The notes under the pieces: generated by a model
What the model was told of the DNA's origin: nothing
Seen by the model: the letters and a program-made list of their open reading frames with translations, nothing else
Database searches by the model: none
Part shown: piece after piece, positions 25,159-40,136 of the stretch
Layout: the number at the start of each line of letters is the position of its first letter
How positions within the stretch are numbered: the stretch's first letter is position 1
Assembly (NCBI GenBank): GCA_951406725.2
Contig: OX597814.1
Location: 142,290,001-142,354,000, forward strand
Direction of reading: 5' to 3'
Length of the DNA stretch: 64,000 nt
Origin: Octopus vulgaris
Lineage: Eukaryota
Made by a program: the position numbers and the translations under genes

Positions 25159-26909
25159 AGTAAGGAATTATCACAAACGTTTACCGGTTCGCTCTCAGGT
25201 ATTCAAAATAAGTTATTCAACAGTTAATATATAAATCAATAATATTCTTATAAGGAAAGAATTTACAGATATATTTCGTTGGTGAATTCTGAATATATTA
25301 CCTTAACCATATAGGTTTCCTGGAGTATATAATACCAACAATAATAATGATAGTTATTGTTGGTATATATTTATATATCGTAGCTATTATGTTAAACTGA
25401 CGTATGTCCAAATTTGGCCAAATGCATTTTTTCCAATATCTATTTTTGCTTGCAATAGCCGGTTCTTTTGGTCAAACTATCGTATCTCCAGCTGCTTTAG
25501 ATGCCAAGATATCAAAAATTGCCAAAGTGTAGTACAATGGTGAAACTATATTTTCGTTTTCTGAAAAAGCAACGTTTTGGACTTACGACACTTTTACATA
25601 ATAACAACGATCTATATTTGAAGGCGTGTGACCTAGTGGCTTGGGCGTGTTACACATCTGTATTTTGTTCTTTTTAATTCACAATAACCATACCTGGTAT
25701 TATCTCACCTAATGTCCTCAGCTAAAAGTATCTAGTTTAATTAAACAAATATTTGTTTCTTTTTATGATTAATTCATTTAATCTCTGTGATAATTGCATT
25801 AAGTTACTGATTTGTATCTTAAAATCGTTCTTTATTGTTCGTTATTTTAATGTTGTGCCACTTATTAAATTTGAGCTATGTGTTATTAATGTTAATCTAA
25901 TAAATATCAAACTCTCAGGTAAATCTCGAGGTTAAACACAAAGACCCGAGGGGAGAAGAGGACTGGCTGGCAGACATAAAGCAAGGTCTTACCAGTAAAC
26001 AAGCAAAGAATTGTCTGTAAACAATGCGACACGAATCCTCTTGTTTTGAAGCCTATGTAATTTCTATTTTAATAAAAGCGAAATTATGTCTGTTCGTCTG
26101 GGACCCCTGTATCTCAGTCTACGTTTGCTCTACATAAACATATTATGCCTTTTTGGAATCAGAATGATCTTGGGATTGAAAATCTGCCCTTCATTTGGTT
26201 CTTGAACACCCAGCATTAGGATCTGATTTAAAAGCATTTGGGTTGCTATTTCTAGCAGGTAAACCTTGGCTGATTCACACCATCTGGGTTGGCGTTTGTT
26301 AGATGACGTCAATGATCAAAGGAGAGAAAAATGACATTCGCTTCGTTAATTTTACGTCGAGATAAAAAAACATTGGGACAAATTGGCCAACAATTGGAAT
26401 TTAAATTGGGAATGGAATAATATAACGACTGCATTACACAATTAATTCTAATCCGTCCTTAACCCCTGATCAAATACCACGGGGGTATATAGTCATTATA
26501 GATGTATTATAGTTATGCTACTTGGGTCCCTTTAGTTTTGGTCCGCAGGCCCATTTAGCTCTCCGCAGAAGGGCTTAAAAGTTTGCACAGAATGCAGTTT
26601 TTAAGCTGGTGCATTAATAAATCTCTAAATACTTTTTGAAAACCCTCAATAACAAGCTGAAAAGGATGCTTCTTCATATTTGTTTCTAATATTTCATTTT
26701 GCATTGTTTTAATGCTCAAAAAATTCTAATTTTTATAGACATCTTAAAACTTATGATGTATGTCAACCAGTGTCGTTGACTAGATCATTGTAGTTGGGTA
26801 AAACATTGTAGTTTACTTTTCCATTCATTCAAATAAATAAAACAAAACTGATGTTCTTACAATTTCGATCTGAAAATTTTAAAACACTTCTTCCATGATA
26901 ATAATATTA

Positions 26910-27314
26910 ATGGTTTCAAATTTTGACACAGTTGCAGCCATTTTGGGGAGATGAAGAGTCGATTAAATCGACCCCAGTGTCTCACTGGTACTTAATTTGT
27001 CGACCCCGAAAGGATGAAAGGCAAAGTCAACTTCGGCGGAATTTGAACTCAGAACGTAGCGGCGGGCAAAAATACCTATTTCTATTTCTTTACTATCCAC
27101 AAGGGGCTAAACACAGACAGAACAAACAAGGACAGACAAACGAATTAAGTCGATTATATCGACCCCAGTGCGTAAATGGTACTTCATTCATCGACCCCGA
27201 AAGGATGAAAGGCAAAGTCGACCTCGGCGGAATTTGAATTCAGAACGTAGCGGCAGACGAAATACGGCTACGCATTTCACCCGGCGTGCTAACGTTTCTG
27301 CCACCTCGCCGCCT
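26910..27314 (-). mobile_element. SINE-A dimer (alpha-tailed unit followed by beta-tailed unit)
   Basis: Head at 27314, junction AATACC|TATTTC at 27076/27077; another SINE-A monomer at about 27420-27632(-). Confidence 0.88.
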
Positions 27315-27364
27315 TAACAATAATAATAATAATTATAATAATTATAGTAATGATGATGATGATG

Positions 27365-27420
<56 letters not shown>

Positions 27421-27631
27421 TCCTTTCTACTATAGGCACAAGTCCTGAAATTTGGGTGTAGGGGTCAGTTGATTAGATCGACCCCAATATGCAACTGGCC
27501 CTTAATTTATCGAACCCGAGAGGATGAAGGCAAAGTCAACCTGAGCGTAATTTGAACTCAGAAGGTAGCGACGAGTGAAATACCGTTTAGCATTTCGTCC
27601 AACGTGCTAACAATTCTGCCAGCTCACCGCC

Positions 27632-27704
<73 letters not shown>

Positions 27705-28147
27705 CGACGAAGTAGTAGACGACAACAATGATGATGATAATCGTGATGATGATGGTGACGTTGATCATGAGGATGATCATGATGATGATCATGATAGTAA
27801 TGATGAGGATAATGATGATGAGGAGGAGGAGGAGGAGGAGGGGAGGAGGGGGAGGAGGAAGAGGATGATTGTTTGTTGCTTAAATCATTCTGTAAAATCA
27901 GTATTTTGCAGTTTGTTTAATCAAAGGTCGCCGGTATCCAAAGTTACTCGAGTGGAAGTTTATGATTACACGTTTGTTGGCTTGTGAAGCCTCGTCGCTA
28001 TTTTCTATTCACTTTGGCTGGAATATTATGTGTATAATGATTAGAAATTGTCGTGTATGTTCCACTAGTACCCAAGCAATTCAGACTGAAGTAGTCTGAA
28101 TTGTGTTTATGCATGCTTACATACATGCAAAAAATACATACATACAA

Positions 28148-28810
<663 letters not shown>

Positions 28811-29216
28811 CTCAAGTGAGTGGACAAACGAACGAAAAAGTACTCAACACTTTAGTTGGAGTTGTAGTATTATTTAGATTTTTTACTCCGCTCTACGACA
28901 CTTAAAGTTTCGCAGGCTCCTAACAAAAACCCGTCTCATTCAGGCTTAGATCATTGAATGAAGAAACACAGGCACTATATTTATAATTTACTGTTCCATT
29001 ATTAGTAGAATCAACAAAAATCTACCCTATGCAGTGAAAGATAAAAATCATTTAATATATACTGTACTCAAATAGTTTCATGCTTTGGGAACACAATAAC
29101 ATAGCGATATTGTGCATTTGTGCCTGAAGGATTGGGTTTCCACAGCAAGAAACTATTAGTAGATCATTTTTAAATACACAGCTGCGCGCGCACGCATATG
29201 TGCCTGTGTTTGTACG

Positions 29217-29271
<55 letters not shown>

Positions 29272-29416
29272 GTACGCATACACACATACATACATATGTC
29301 TATACATAACCAAGTGCTAGAAAGCTATCTGAAAGAAATTATTTTGGTAGTGTCAAGGGCTGTTATATATCTTCATTTCATTTCATGTACTCGCGCGTAC
29401 ATATTCGCACATATAT

Positions 29417-29526
<110 letters not shown>

Positions 29527-30259
29527 TCTTTTTATCTTTTAACCAAGAGAAAGGGCAGTGTACATAACCTTTTACAGGCCTTTCAAGATTGGTGAGATGA
29601 AGTTATTCACATGTTAGAGTCCGAAAGTTTGCAACAAAATGGCTTCCCTCAAAAGTATCCTAGCCAGGTTGCGGTGTTTAAGCAATCAACGTATTAAATC
29701 TACTCTTCATCCACGAACAAGTAAGCCAAGATAGAACTTGATCTTAGACATCAAAGGTCTAGAACAAATACAAACAAAAAGGATTAATATATATACCGAT
29801 TTGAAGTCTGATATTTCCATATGTTGGAACCAAGAAATTAACACGGCATTTTTTCTTCGCAAATTATCGTGGGTGAGGTGGCTTTGGATAACGGGACGAA
29901 AAATTAGAGGGTAAACCTTGGAAAATTAGATCTTAATATAGGACTGGGGGCTGCAGTGTACAAGATCTGTTTAGTTGGTTCATCCAGAAAGTTCTCAATG
30001 CAAAATAAGAACAGATATAAGCTCCATAAAAAGAATTTAAGAGTAGAAAGGAGAACGTGGTCCGATAGGAAGCTCACTTGAATGGGCTACTATATTGATA
30101 ATATGTAAATGCAAGAAATTGAGCAAAACAAGAAAATATAAGTATTACAGATGAGAAAGTGGAAAAGATGCTTAATACCAAACTAAGATCAGATGTTCAA
30201 GGATTCAAAGCACGGATTCTGAAGACGCAGAAGACAGAGCGGGAACCGGTAGTTGTGAG

Positions 30260-31160
30260 GACATCCGCCAAGTGAACGACTCTATCGAAAGTTTTCGATC
30301 GATCTAAGTGAATTAGTATTCCGTCCACTCTAGGTTTCTTACCCACTTTCTCTGTGATTCATGAGGTGGAGGGTGTCGTGGGTAGATCTGTCTCGGATGG
30401 CGCATGTTTGCGCATCCTCACTCAGACCATTGGCAACAAGCGCTTACATTTTGGTTAACGCCTTGGCCAAAAGTTGATATCTGCGTTTAGCAGAGTTATT
30501 GGCCGAAAATTATCAATGTGATCCTCCTTGTTTGTGTCTTTGTCAGCATTGCCACTTTACTCTCGACTCACAGAATTGGAGAATCTCCTAGTCTGCTGCC
30601 ATTTGCGGTAGATATCTGCCAAAAGATCTGCAAACAAGTCTGGCATATAAAATAAATCCTTTTTTGGGCTGACCATCGAAACCAGGCGATTTACTCGCCG
30701 TGCAGCCAATTACTGCTTCCAGTGTTTCCGATGTTGTTATCGGTTTTTTGTAATACTTCGCCTCCCTTGCCGTGAACCACAGCAGGCCGTCTGGGTAGGC
30801 AGTGAAATTCATCTTGTGATCCAGCCTGCCACTCGTCCCGAACAGTTGAGAAAAGTGTCGTTGTAAATCCACACACAGCTATTTAGTTTCGCGTATTATG
30901 CGCTCAACACGATCTGCCAAAGATCGAATTATGGCTTTGTCGCCACGTTGCGCCTCTGCTATTCAAGCCCATTGAATGGGTTTTGTCCATTCAAGTCTTA
31001 GAGTTCGTCCCTTAGTTGTGACAACACAGCCATTATGTATCGCTTTGCGTTGAAGAATTAGTCCAGGGCAAGTCTTGTCGCAAGCACGTCGGTTGCAATG
31101 CTTTTCCTACTCGTCTTTTCTAAATTTCTTACTAGGACACCCTCCATTCAAGTTTTCTCT
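30260..31160 (-). mobile_element. decayed Tx1-clade LINE, linker and N-terminal RT region
   Basis: Minus strand: KPITTSE...KSPGFDG, FRPITLLNAD, DRSKTFDRV (compare DQSKAFDRV). Confidence 0.8.
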
Positions 31161-32239
31161 ATCGCTGCTTCTAATAATAACACTGGGAGAGGTGTTCAAC
31201 ATATAACACCGGGGTGTCTAACAGAATGCCGGGAGAACCTCTAGCAAGGAAAAACGTTCTTGACAGCCTCCACCAGAAAAAAAAAAAAACAATAATTACA
31301 AAGCAACAAATACAAATAAAACATGCTGAAGGATAACTGTAAGTAATGCTTGTAAAATCTAGACATCATTCCCGCTCATAATTGGGTATTAAAAATGTTC
31401 ATAGTATTGGTGGTGTCATACCATATGTAAACAAACTATCGGAGCATTGTGTATATATCAACACTTCACCAATCACCTACCACCAACGCCCACAAAAAGG
31501 CAAGTAATTAAAATTAAAATCGTATCATTTAGACTGGGAAATGTGTAATTTGAATTTAATGTATAAAAAATGGAGAAAAATCGCACATATAAAACTCGGC
31601 AAAACTAGAAAACTTTTAAAGGCAGAGAAACGGTTGTTGCTGGAAAGGGTTGAAGAGAAAAATGACTTGGCTTAGTTCGATCGTCTTACGATCTTTATCG
31701 ATGCATACCAAATCTGATTACTCCTCTCTTGGAAGACGGTTATGGGAAGTGGTGGGCGTCGTTAGAAAGGACGCAAACTCGGGTTGTCATTATTCGTTCA
31801 ATATCTATCGCCACCTAAATGTAGGCGTTCTGTAAGAACACACGATACTGCTAGTTTAACGCCGGGAGGACGCCTCCTGCAGCTAGTTATTCAGTATACC
31901 TCGCATTCGAGGTATATACTCCCTAGTATTCTAACTCTGAGACTACCAAATCATGTGATTTCGACCTCATTTTGTTCATTTTCAGTGATGGATACATGCC
32001 TGCCAGACATAGCAGTAACTCATCCCAGCTTGCAATATATAGAAAACCAGTGTCACGGTTACTGATTTTGCAATTAGTGAACTAGCTTGTTAAGAAAATC
32101 TCTATTAGAGACGGAAGCATTATTTACACAGAGAAATAATGTTTATCCTTAGGCTAAAATAACAATATCGTTCGTTCTTATAGAACACCTATGTTTAAGT
32201 GGTGGTAAACAACTTCTCAGTATAAATACTGCTTTCGTC

Positions 32240-33200
32240 TCTAACAGAGATTTTCTTAACAAGATAGAGCTAAAGATTTTAGATAAAGTGCCTAACAAAG
32301 ATCTTGGCATTTATCATAGTGTGGTCGGGAGTACGTATCCATGCGTGATTCAAGCAGATCTGTTCACAACAATCTCCACCTTCTGCGATACATCGTAGGC
32401 AGTATAGGTGATTAAGATGACTTCGGTGAGGATCTCTTTCACTTTGATCAATCCAAAGTCTTTGATAAAGTTGACTAGCTGCACTTGGCACTGGTTCTCA
32501 TTGCAACCTGTTTCGGTCTCTTTTAGAGATGGGATTATTTCTATGTGCAGCAGCATCTGTTCGGTGGTCATTCTAAATGGAAACTCAACGGAGACGTTTC
32601 GAAACCCACCCTCGATCATAGGGGCTTTCTGTCATCGCTCCTGAAGCTTTTGGTTGAACCAGTGATAAAGAATTTGAGCTGGGGTCAACCTACTCGAACT
32701 GGAATGCAACAAGGCCATATCAATATATGCAGAGGACGTTAGAGTCATAGCGTAGGGAAGCCCGGAAATTAAGGGATCAGCAACGTACTGAAAGTATAAG
32801 CCCAATAATAAGAAAAAGCCTGGGCTTACAACTCGGCATCTGGAGATGCAAGTCTACGCTGATCAGCATCATACTGCGCTATAATGACGGTCTTGTTAAG
32901 GTACTTGGGCCTCATTCAAGCCAGACCTTCAGGTGGACAGGAACTAGGATGAGGTTACGAGTAGGCTGGCCAGTTTGCCCCACAAAAATGAAAGATTTGG
33001 GAGGGATGGCACATACATATATCTCCTCTGTTATCTTATTAACCTCTTGACTGTTATGTTTCATACAATTTCCATGTGAGCAGAGAAAGGAACATCTGCT
33101 TTTTCCGTTATTTTGTAGTAACGAGCTCAGCTGTCCAGTGAGCCTATTTACGGCAAAAACTCTCCATGAAAGGGCTCTGTATGTTGTGGCTGATGGCGGA
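32240..33200 (+). mobile_element. decayed Tx1-clade LINE RT region
   Basis: ELKILDKV, RSVHNNLHLLRYI, FDQSKVFDKVD, IYAEDV (YADD), GLQLGIWRCKS, DGLVKVLG. Confidence 0.8.
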
Positions 33201-33329
33201 TGATGGCGGATGATGAGGCAGCGGTATCTTCATAGATTTTGGGATGATGATGGCAATGAAATGATGATGATAATGATGACGACGACGACGACGACGAGGA
33301 CGACGACGACGATGATGCTGATGATGATA

Positions 33330-33364
<35 letters not shown>

Positions 33365-33483
33365 AAAAACGAGGATAACAATAATGATGAAGGTGATAAT
33401 GGCGACGACGACGACGACGACGACGATGATGATCATTATGATAAATGATGATGAAGACGACGAGAACAAAGACGAAGATGCTA

Positions 33484-33515
<32 letters not shown>

Positions 33516-33814
33516 TGTTAATATTATTATGATGGTGTCGAGGAATTATTATTGCTATCTCCATCATCTTCTGATTACTAAGCATATGCGACGTATTTCT
33601 ATGGATACGACCAATATGGCGTCTGCTGGGAATACCTTCTGAATCATCCGTGACATATGTTTCGATCTAGACGTACGAAGCCCAGAGCCAATGGTAAAAT
33701 ATATACATTGCTGCTTGTGATTTGATAAATAGGAAAAATAGTTGTTCGCTGCTGTTTATTCATGTATTATTGGTTGATTGAAATATTAACTATTAATTGC
33801 TCTGTTTACTGTCC

Positions 33815-33846
<32 letters not shown>

Positions 33847-33926
33847 TGTATGTATGTATGTATGAATGTATGTATGCATGCATGCATGTATGTATACATA
33901 TATACATATACATTTGTTTATTCATG

Positions 33927-33976
<50 letters not shown>

Positions 33977-34073
33977 TACACAAACACAAATAACCTTACA
34001 TATATGTATGTGTGTGCACGTGTACATGTATATATATGTGGATACGTATGTGTGTGTGTGTATCTCTCTCTCC

Positions 34074-34146
<73 letters not shown>

Positions 34147-34351
34147 CAGAGAGAGGAGGGCATATGTACACAAACGCATGTTTACATGTAGCTCTGTATG
34201 TAAATATATATATATGTGTATACATATACGTATGCATGTATGTGAATATACATCTGCGTGTGTGTATGTATGTGTTTAACTATGTACATATATACATATG
34301 TCAATACTATACATATATATATATGAATATATATGTATGTATATGTATACG

Positions 34352-34405
<54 letters not shown>

Positions 34406-34493
34406 CATACATGCATGTATATACAGATACATATATATGCATATATGCACATGCATGTGTGATTTCATAATTTATGGATGGCATATATGTATG

Positions 34494-34553
<60 letters not shown>

Positions 34554-35117
34554 CACTAAACATATGTACACGTATATAACTGTATATTTGTATGTATGTA
34601 TGTATGTATGTATGTATGTATGTATGTATGCATGCATGTATGTATTTGTGTATATACGTACGTACAGTTCGAGGGCTCAAAATTCAACGAAACCGTCGAA
34701 GGGGAAGTGAAGCATTGTACCACAGGGACCTATCTCTGTCTCCCTATCCATTGTCTTATCTGCTCTGCCAAGCATTTACCTCAATGCGGTCATTACACAT
34801 AGCAGCCGCAGTTTTTTTTTATACACAATACTACATTCAAGTATTGATATATAGCTCCATACACATTACACTTTATACACACTCATACCAATCACTAATT
34901 TTATATGAATGACAGCCCGGTTAATGAAAATACTGTCGTCTGCCCCCGCTCACTCTTTTCCTTTCTCTCTCTCATATATGTGTGTTTGTGTGTGTGTGTG
35001 TGTGTGCGTGTGCGTATGTATGCATATGTATGTAAGTAAATATATATATGTATATATATATAAGTATATATATGTATATATATATATACATATATACATA
35101 TATATATACATATATAC

Positions 35118-35148
<31 letters not shown>

Positions 35149-35158
35149 CATACATACG

Positions 35159-35219
<61 letters not shown>

Positions 35220-35253
35220 CATAGTATATAACATATAGTATATAATATATATA

Positions 35254-35355
35254 CGAGGTGTGTCTGAAAAGTTTTGAGCCTTGAAGTCTTATCCCTACAT
35301 CAGAAGTCTTGTACCATGTTTTTTTTTTAGGCTAAATACTTTCATACAACCCTCG
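35254..35355. mobile_element. mariner-type MITE (about 102 bp)
   Basis: TA-CGAGGTGTGTCTGAAAAGTTTTGAGCC / GGCTAAATACTTTCATACAACCCTCG-TA. Confidence 0.7.
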
Positions 35356-35372
35356 TAAATATATAAATAAAT

Positions 35373-35545
<173 letters not shown>

Positions 35546-36134
35546 TACACACATAGTCTGCAATGCCAGAGAAATATAAATGAAACTTGCAATAAGTTGT
35601 ATAATTAAATATTTCTACGACACCATAAAAACGGTTGCTTGACTGAGCATACATATTTCAGACTCAGCCCTTTTCAGTAACATTTAATTGGGTTCTATCA
35701 TCGGTTACATATAGGCTTTCCTGCGTGGATTATTGGGATTTGATCTGAAAGTCCATCGTGAACTCCATAATGCTGCCACAACCAACGACAAAAACCTCTT
35801 CTTTTCGTCACCGGGTTCGAAGCCTATTTCGTTTTGGAAGTTGGAACCCTTAAATGATTTTTCTGTTTTTCTTTTAAATCGTGGAACCCATTCCTAAAAC
35901 TTACATGCAACTGCCGCCTTAATCATGGAATCTGTCTGTCTGTAACATAACTTCCGGTAGGGTTCGCAACTACCCCCCGCTCACTTTCTCGCTCTCCTCT
36001 ATGTATGTATGTATGTATGTATGTATGTATGTATGTATGTATGTATGTATGTATGTATGTATGTATGTATGTATGTATGTATGTATGTATGTATGCGTGC
36101 CTGTATAAACACAGATACACATTTGTTGTTTTGT

Positions 36135-36408
36135 TTGTTCCTTCTCGAGCCATGACTGGCTCATTAGGGCTGGTTCCCCACCTGGATTGGACGCCGGTCC
36201 ATCGCAGGTGAGCTGCAAGATGCTGGAGGAAAGAGTGAGAGAAAGTTATGACGAAAGTGTCAGCAGAAGTTTGCCATTACCTTCTACCAGAGCCGCGTGG
36301 AGCTTTTGGTGTTTCGCTCATAAACACACACATTGCTCGGTTTGAGATTCGAACCCGCGATCCCTCGTCCGTGAGTCAGCTGCTCTAACCACTAGGCCAT
36401 GTGCTTCC
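36135..36408 (-). mobile_element. tRNA-derived SINE, body X + tail T2
   Basis: Body GAGCGAAACACCAAAAGCTCCACG...ACTTTCTCTCACTCTTT followed by CCTGCGATGGACCGGCGTCCAATCCAGGTGG...CTCGAGAAGG. Confidence 0.82.
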
Positions 36409-36547
36409 ACACAGATACACATTGGTACATATACATTCTCAACGCAGTGACAGTGTTTTCTTTTTACTCGACCTGTTACCCAATATACTCACAACTCTCA
36501 TACATACATACATACATACATACATACATACATACACACGTATGTAT

Positions 36548-36808
36548 GTCATTATTCAGTTTTATCTCAAGATTTCTTTGCAATTAAAGGAAGAGCCGGT
36601 TCCTAACCAAGATCCAAGGCTCCTTCATTGGAATTTCGACAACATTTGTATATTTTGTTTTATGTATGTATTCTCTTACATATAGTTACATGCTCATATA
36701 TATTTAAATGATAAACGTCTGGAAAGTTTTACAGATTTTTACAGTTCAAATGATGAACTGGATCTGTAGTCTTCGAATTAGCATTCTCCTTTCTGGTTTT
36801 GAGAAGCC
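36548..36808 (-). mobile_element. 5'-truncated R4/Dong-like LINE 3' end flanked by CATA repeats
   Basis: GFSKPERRMLIRRLQIQFII*TVKICKTF is homologous to the ORF end of the neighbouring copy; shared 3'UTR motif GGAAGAGCCGGTTCCTAACCAAGATCCAAGGCTCC. Confidence 0.7.
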
Positions 36809-36884
36809 TATGTATGTATGTAAGTATGTGTGTATGTATGTATGTATGTATGTATGTATGTATGCATGTATGTAGGTATGTATG

Positions 36885-37386
36885 TCTCTTCTATATTTAA
36901 CCATTTCAATTCTTCCTCTGAAGAAGGGGCTGGTTTCTAGCAAAGATACAAAGCTCCATCTTTGGAACGTAAATAACGAAAACAGTGTCACATTTTAAAC
37001 CTGAAGAAAGTCTTGCTTTGTTTTACTGTTCCGCTTACTGATTGCATTTGTAATGTGCGAATCAGTTGGTTGATTTCCTTTTCCGAAAATCCAAGCTTAT
37101 CCATACTGACAGTTAGGCATTTACTTACAAAACCAAGTGCTCCAATTATTATTGGTATAAATGTAAATTTCTAATCCGGATATAGAAGCTGGAGGTTTCA
37201 AAGCAGTTGTCCATAGTTATCTTCTTCTTCTTTGATTTTTAAAGAGATATTCACATCGGTAGGACAGCTGACCCCTATGACGTTACATACTTTTTCTTGT
37301 TGTCTCAAATAACTATATCCGGCCTGTTATGCTTACACTTGAGAAATGCTTTGACGGGAATGATCCACTAGTATTCCTTGTGCTGA
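36885..37386 (-). mobile_element. R4/Dong-like LINE 3' end (RLE domain) flanked by (CATA)n
   Basis: KCKHNRPDIVI...VIGVSCPTDVNISLKIKE..NYGQLL*NLQLLYPD*KFTFIPIIIGALG...TVKQSKTFFRFKM*; stop at 36988-36990. Confidence 0.85.
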
Positions 37387-37396
37387 TGTATGTATG

Positions 37397-37430
<34 letters not shown>

Positions 37431-37510
37431 TGTATGTATGTATGTATGTATGTATGTATGTATGTATGTATGTATGTATGTATGCATGTATGTATGTATG
37501 TATGTATGTA

Positions 37511-37823
37511 GCCTTGTGAGTGGATTTGGCGGACGGAAACGGAAAGAAGCCCGCCGTATATATATATATATATATATATATATGTAAGTGTGTGTATACG
37601 TTTGTGTGTCTGTGTCTGTCCCCACCCTCAACACAGCTTGACAACCGATGCTGGTGTGTTTACGTCCCCGTAACTTAGCGGTTCGGCAAAAGAGACGGAT
37701 AGAATAAGTACTGGGCTTCCAAAGAATAAGTTCTGGGGGTCGATTTGCTCGACTAAAGGCGGTGCTCCAGCATGGCCTCAGTCAAATGACAGAAACAAGT
37801 AGAAGAGTAAAAGAGTAAAAGAG
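37511..37823 (+). mobile_element. 5'-truncated CORE-type SINE (family C)
   Basis: GCCTTGTGAGTGGATTTGG...internal TA/TG tract...GCTTGACAACCGATGCTGG...AAACAAGTAGAAGAGTAAAAGAG. Confidence 0.85.
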
Positions 37824-38088
37824 AGGATATATTAGAGAATATATTGGAATAAATTAGAATTTGATTATATTTTGAAATATAGGAATTCACTTGATCGGTT
37901 TCACATTAGATTTTCGAAAGTGTATTCTGTACTGCGTTTGATTCATTCGACTAAAAATTCTTTGAGGTGGTACTCCAGCATGGCCTTAATCTAATGACTG
38001 AAACAAGAAAAAGATAAAAGATATTCTTTTATGTTTTAAAATTTTTTTGTTAAACTTTAATAAGTTACTTCCTTCGCAATAAAAAATG

Positions 38089-38169
<81 letters not shown>

Positions 38170-38190
38170 CATCCATCCATCCATCCATCC

Positions 38191-38249
<59 letters not shown>

Positions 38250-38346
38250 CATCCATCTATCTCCTCTATCCCCATCTCTCTCTCTCCACATATATACATG
38301 TATGTAATTATGCATTTCTTTGTATATGTATGTATCCATCTGTCTG

Positions 38347-38426
<80 letters not shown>

Positions 38427-38427
38427 C

Positions 38428-38556
<129 letters not shown>

Positions 38557-38924
38557 GCCGTCTTTACTTCGATCTCTCATCCTATTAACGTCTTGATGCA
38601 AGGTCGATTGTATGTTCCTCTGAATAGAATGGGGACTCATCAGTTATACAGATGTTTTGCTGATTAAAGTCAGTTTACTTTACCAAGAAAATCTCATTGG
38701 CCTCCATCCTAATTACGTAAATATTAAATTCACAGAAATAAAAACAGTTAAAAACTATATATTTTGACCTATGAAATGTTTCTGGTATTTCAATAATATT
38801 GGCTTTATTATTTTTTTTACTTATTTATAGAAATATATTCTTATATATCAATTAAAGTATCACTTATTACAGACATAAAACAACGGGTCATGCACTAGTT
38901 TTAATAAAAGATAACATGAAACTA

Positions 38925-38997
38925 GTCGAAATAGCTCTGTTGAGAGAGCGTTAGATTGAAAATCTAAAGGCATCAGGTTCATTCCCGGGTTTCAATA
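38925..38997 (+). pseudogene. tRNA-Phe(GAA) pseudogene
   Basis: GTCGAAATAGCTCTGTTGAGAGAGCGTTAGATTGAAAATCTAAAGG...GGTTCATTCCCGGGTTTCAATA aligns to eukaryotic tRNA-Phe over 73 nt, with mismatches in the acceptor stem, T arm and B-box and no adjacent oligo-T. Confidence 0.85.
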
Positions 38998-39469
38998 TAC
39001 GCAGTCTGCATTCACATTGCCCTTCCGAAATAATCGAATCCAGAATAAGAGAAACCGTAAACTAACGTTGAAAATCATGGTAATTATATTTTCTCTCCAG
39101 ATAATTATGCTGTTTTATTTGGGGAGAAGAAAACATGATTAGCAAAGGTAAACAGTAGTAAAATGAAGAGAAAAAACTTTAGTTCATTCACAAAATTATT
39201 TCTTGTCGGTTAGAAGAAAGCATAGTAAAACAAAACATACATGAATTGTAAAAGAAAGTGGCCAATGAAATCTGAACTAAATTGAAAGTATCAAAAGAAA
39301 ATAATTAGGATAGCTTTAAGTACTTTGAGTTGAGAGATAGATTTTAAATGTTGAAACATGAGAAAAAAATATAAATACACATGGGAAATACATATCAAAG
39401 GAAACCAGCCGCAGTTAGTGAGTTTCTGGAATTTGTATTTCATAATTATTTGAATATAAACAAGGCCTG

Positions 39470-39695
39470 TGATAATAAGTTCAAATTCTGGCTCAGAGAC
39501 AGCAATTTTTGAGGGGAGGGGTAAGTAAATTTCTTCGACCCCAATACGTAACTGGTACTTATTTCATCGATCCGGAAAGGATGAAAAGCAAAGTTGAGCT
39601 CGGCGGAATTTGAACTCAGAACGTATAGACGAACGAACAAAATGTTGCAAAGGATTTTGTTCGGCGTGTTAATGATTTTGCCGGCTCACAGCCTT
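39470..39695 (-). mobile_element. SINE-A monomer, beta tail
   Basis: GGATGAAAAGCAAAGTTGAGCTCGGCGGAATTTGAACTCAGAAC on the plus strand. Confidence 0.8.
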
Positions 39696-40072
39696 CCAGA
39701 TCTGTGATAATGGTTTCATATTTTGGCTTAAGGCCAGCAATTTTAGGAGAAAATTTTTTAGCAGTGTTTAGTAACGAGGAGTGAAGCATGGTTTAACCAT
39801 CACTCTAACGCTGATACATGGTCATTTCAATCTTGTAGAAACAGCAGCCAAACCTCACTCGAATGGCACCTTAATGCTTTGAAAAAGAAAAAGGGGGACA
39901 TATAAAATAAATGGAGTCATAATGTTCCTAAGAAAAATTGAATAGCCTGAAATGGAATGTCTTGGAGATTGGTAAACTCGATAAGATTGCGCTGGAGTTA
40001 AGCAACAACCACCACCTACAACGACGCCACCACCACCACCACCACCACCACCACCATCACAGCAACTACTAT

Positions 40073-40136
<64 letters not shown>

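Noticed and set aside
25648-26134. Solo-LTR candidate (TGT...AATAAA...TACA); similar candidate at 18051-18361
   Set aside because: No matching 4-6 bp TSD and no second copy, PBS or PPT.
27604-27987. Acidic poly-N/D/E ORF of 127 aa
   Set aside because: Made of AAT/GAT/GAG triplet repeats next to a SINE head; no splice or domain evidence.
38690-38899. Helitron-like 3' end (CAACGGG...CTAG-T)
   Set aside because: Hairpin and 5' TC terminus are not convincingly identifiable.
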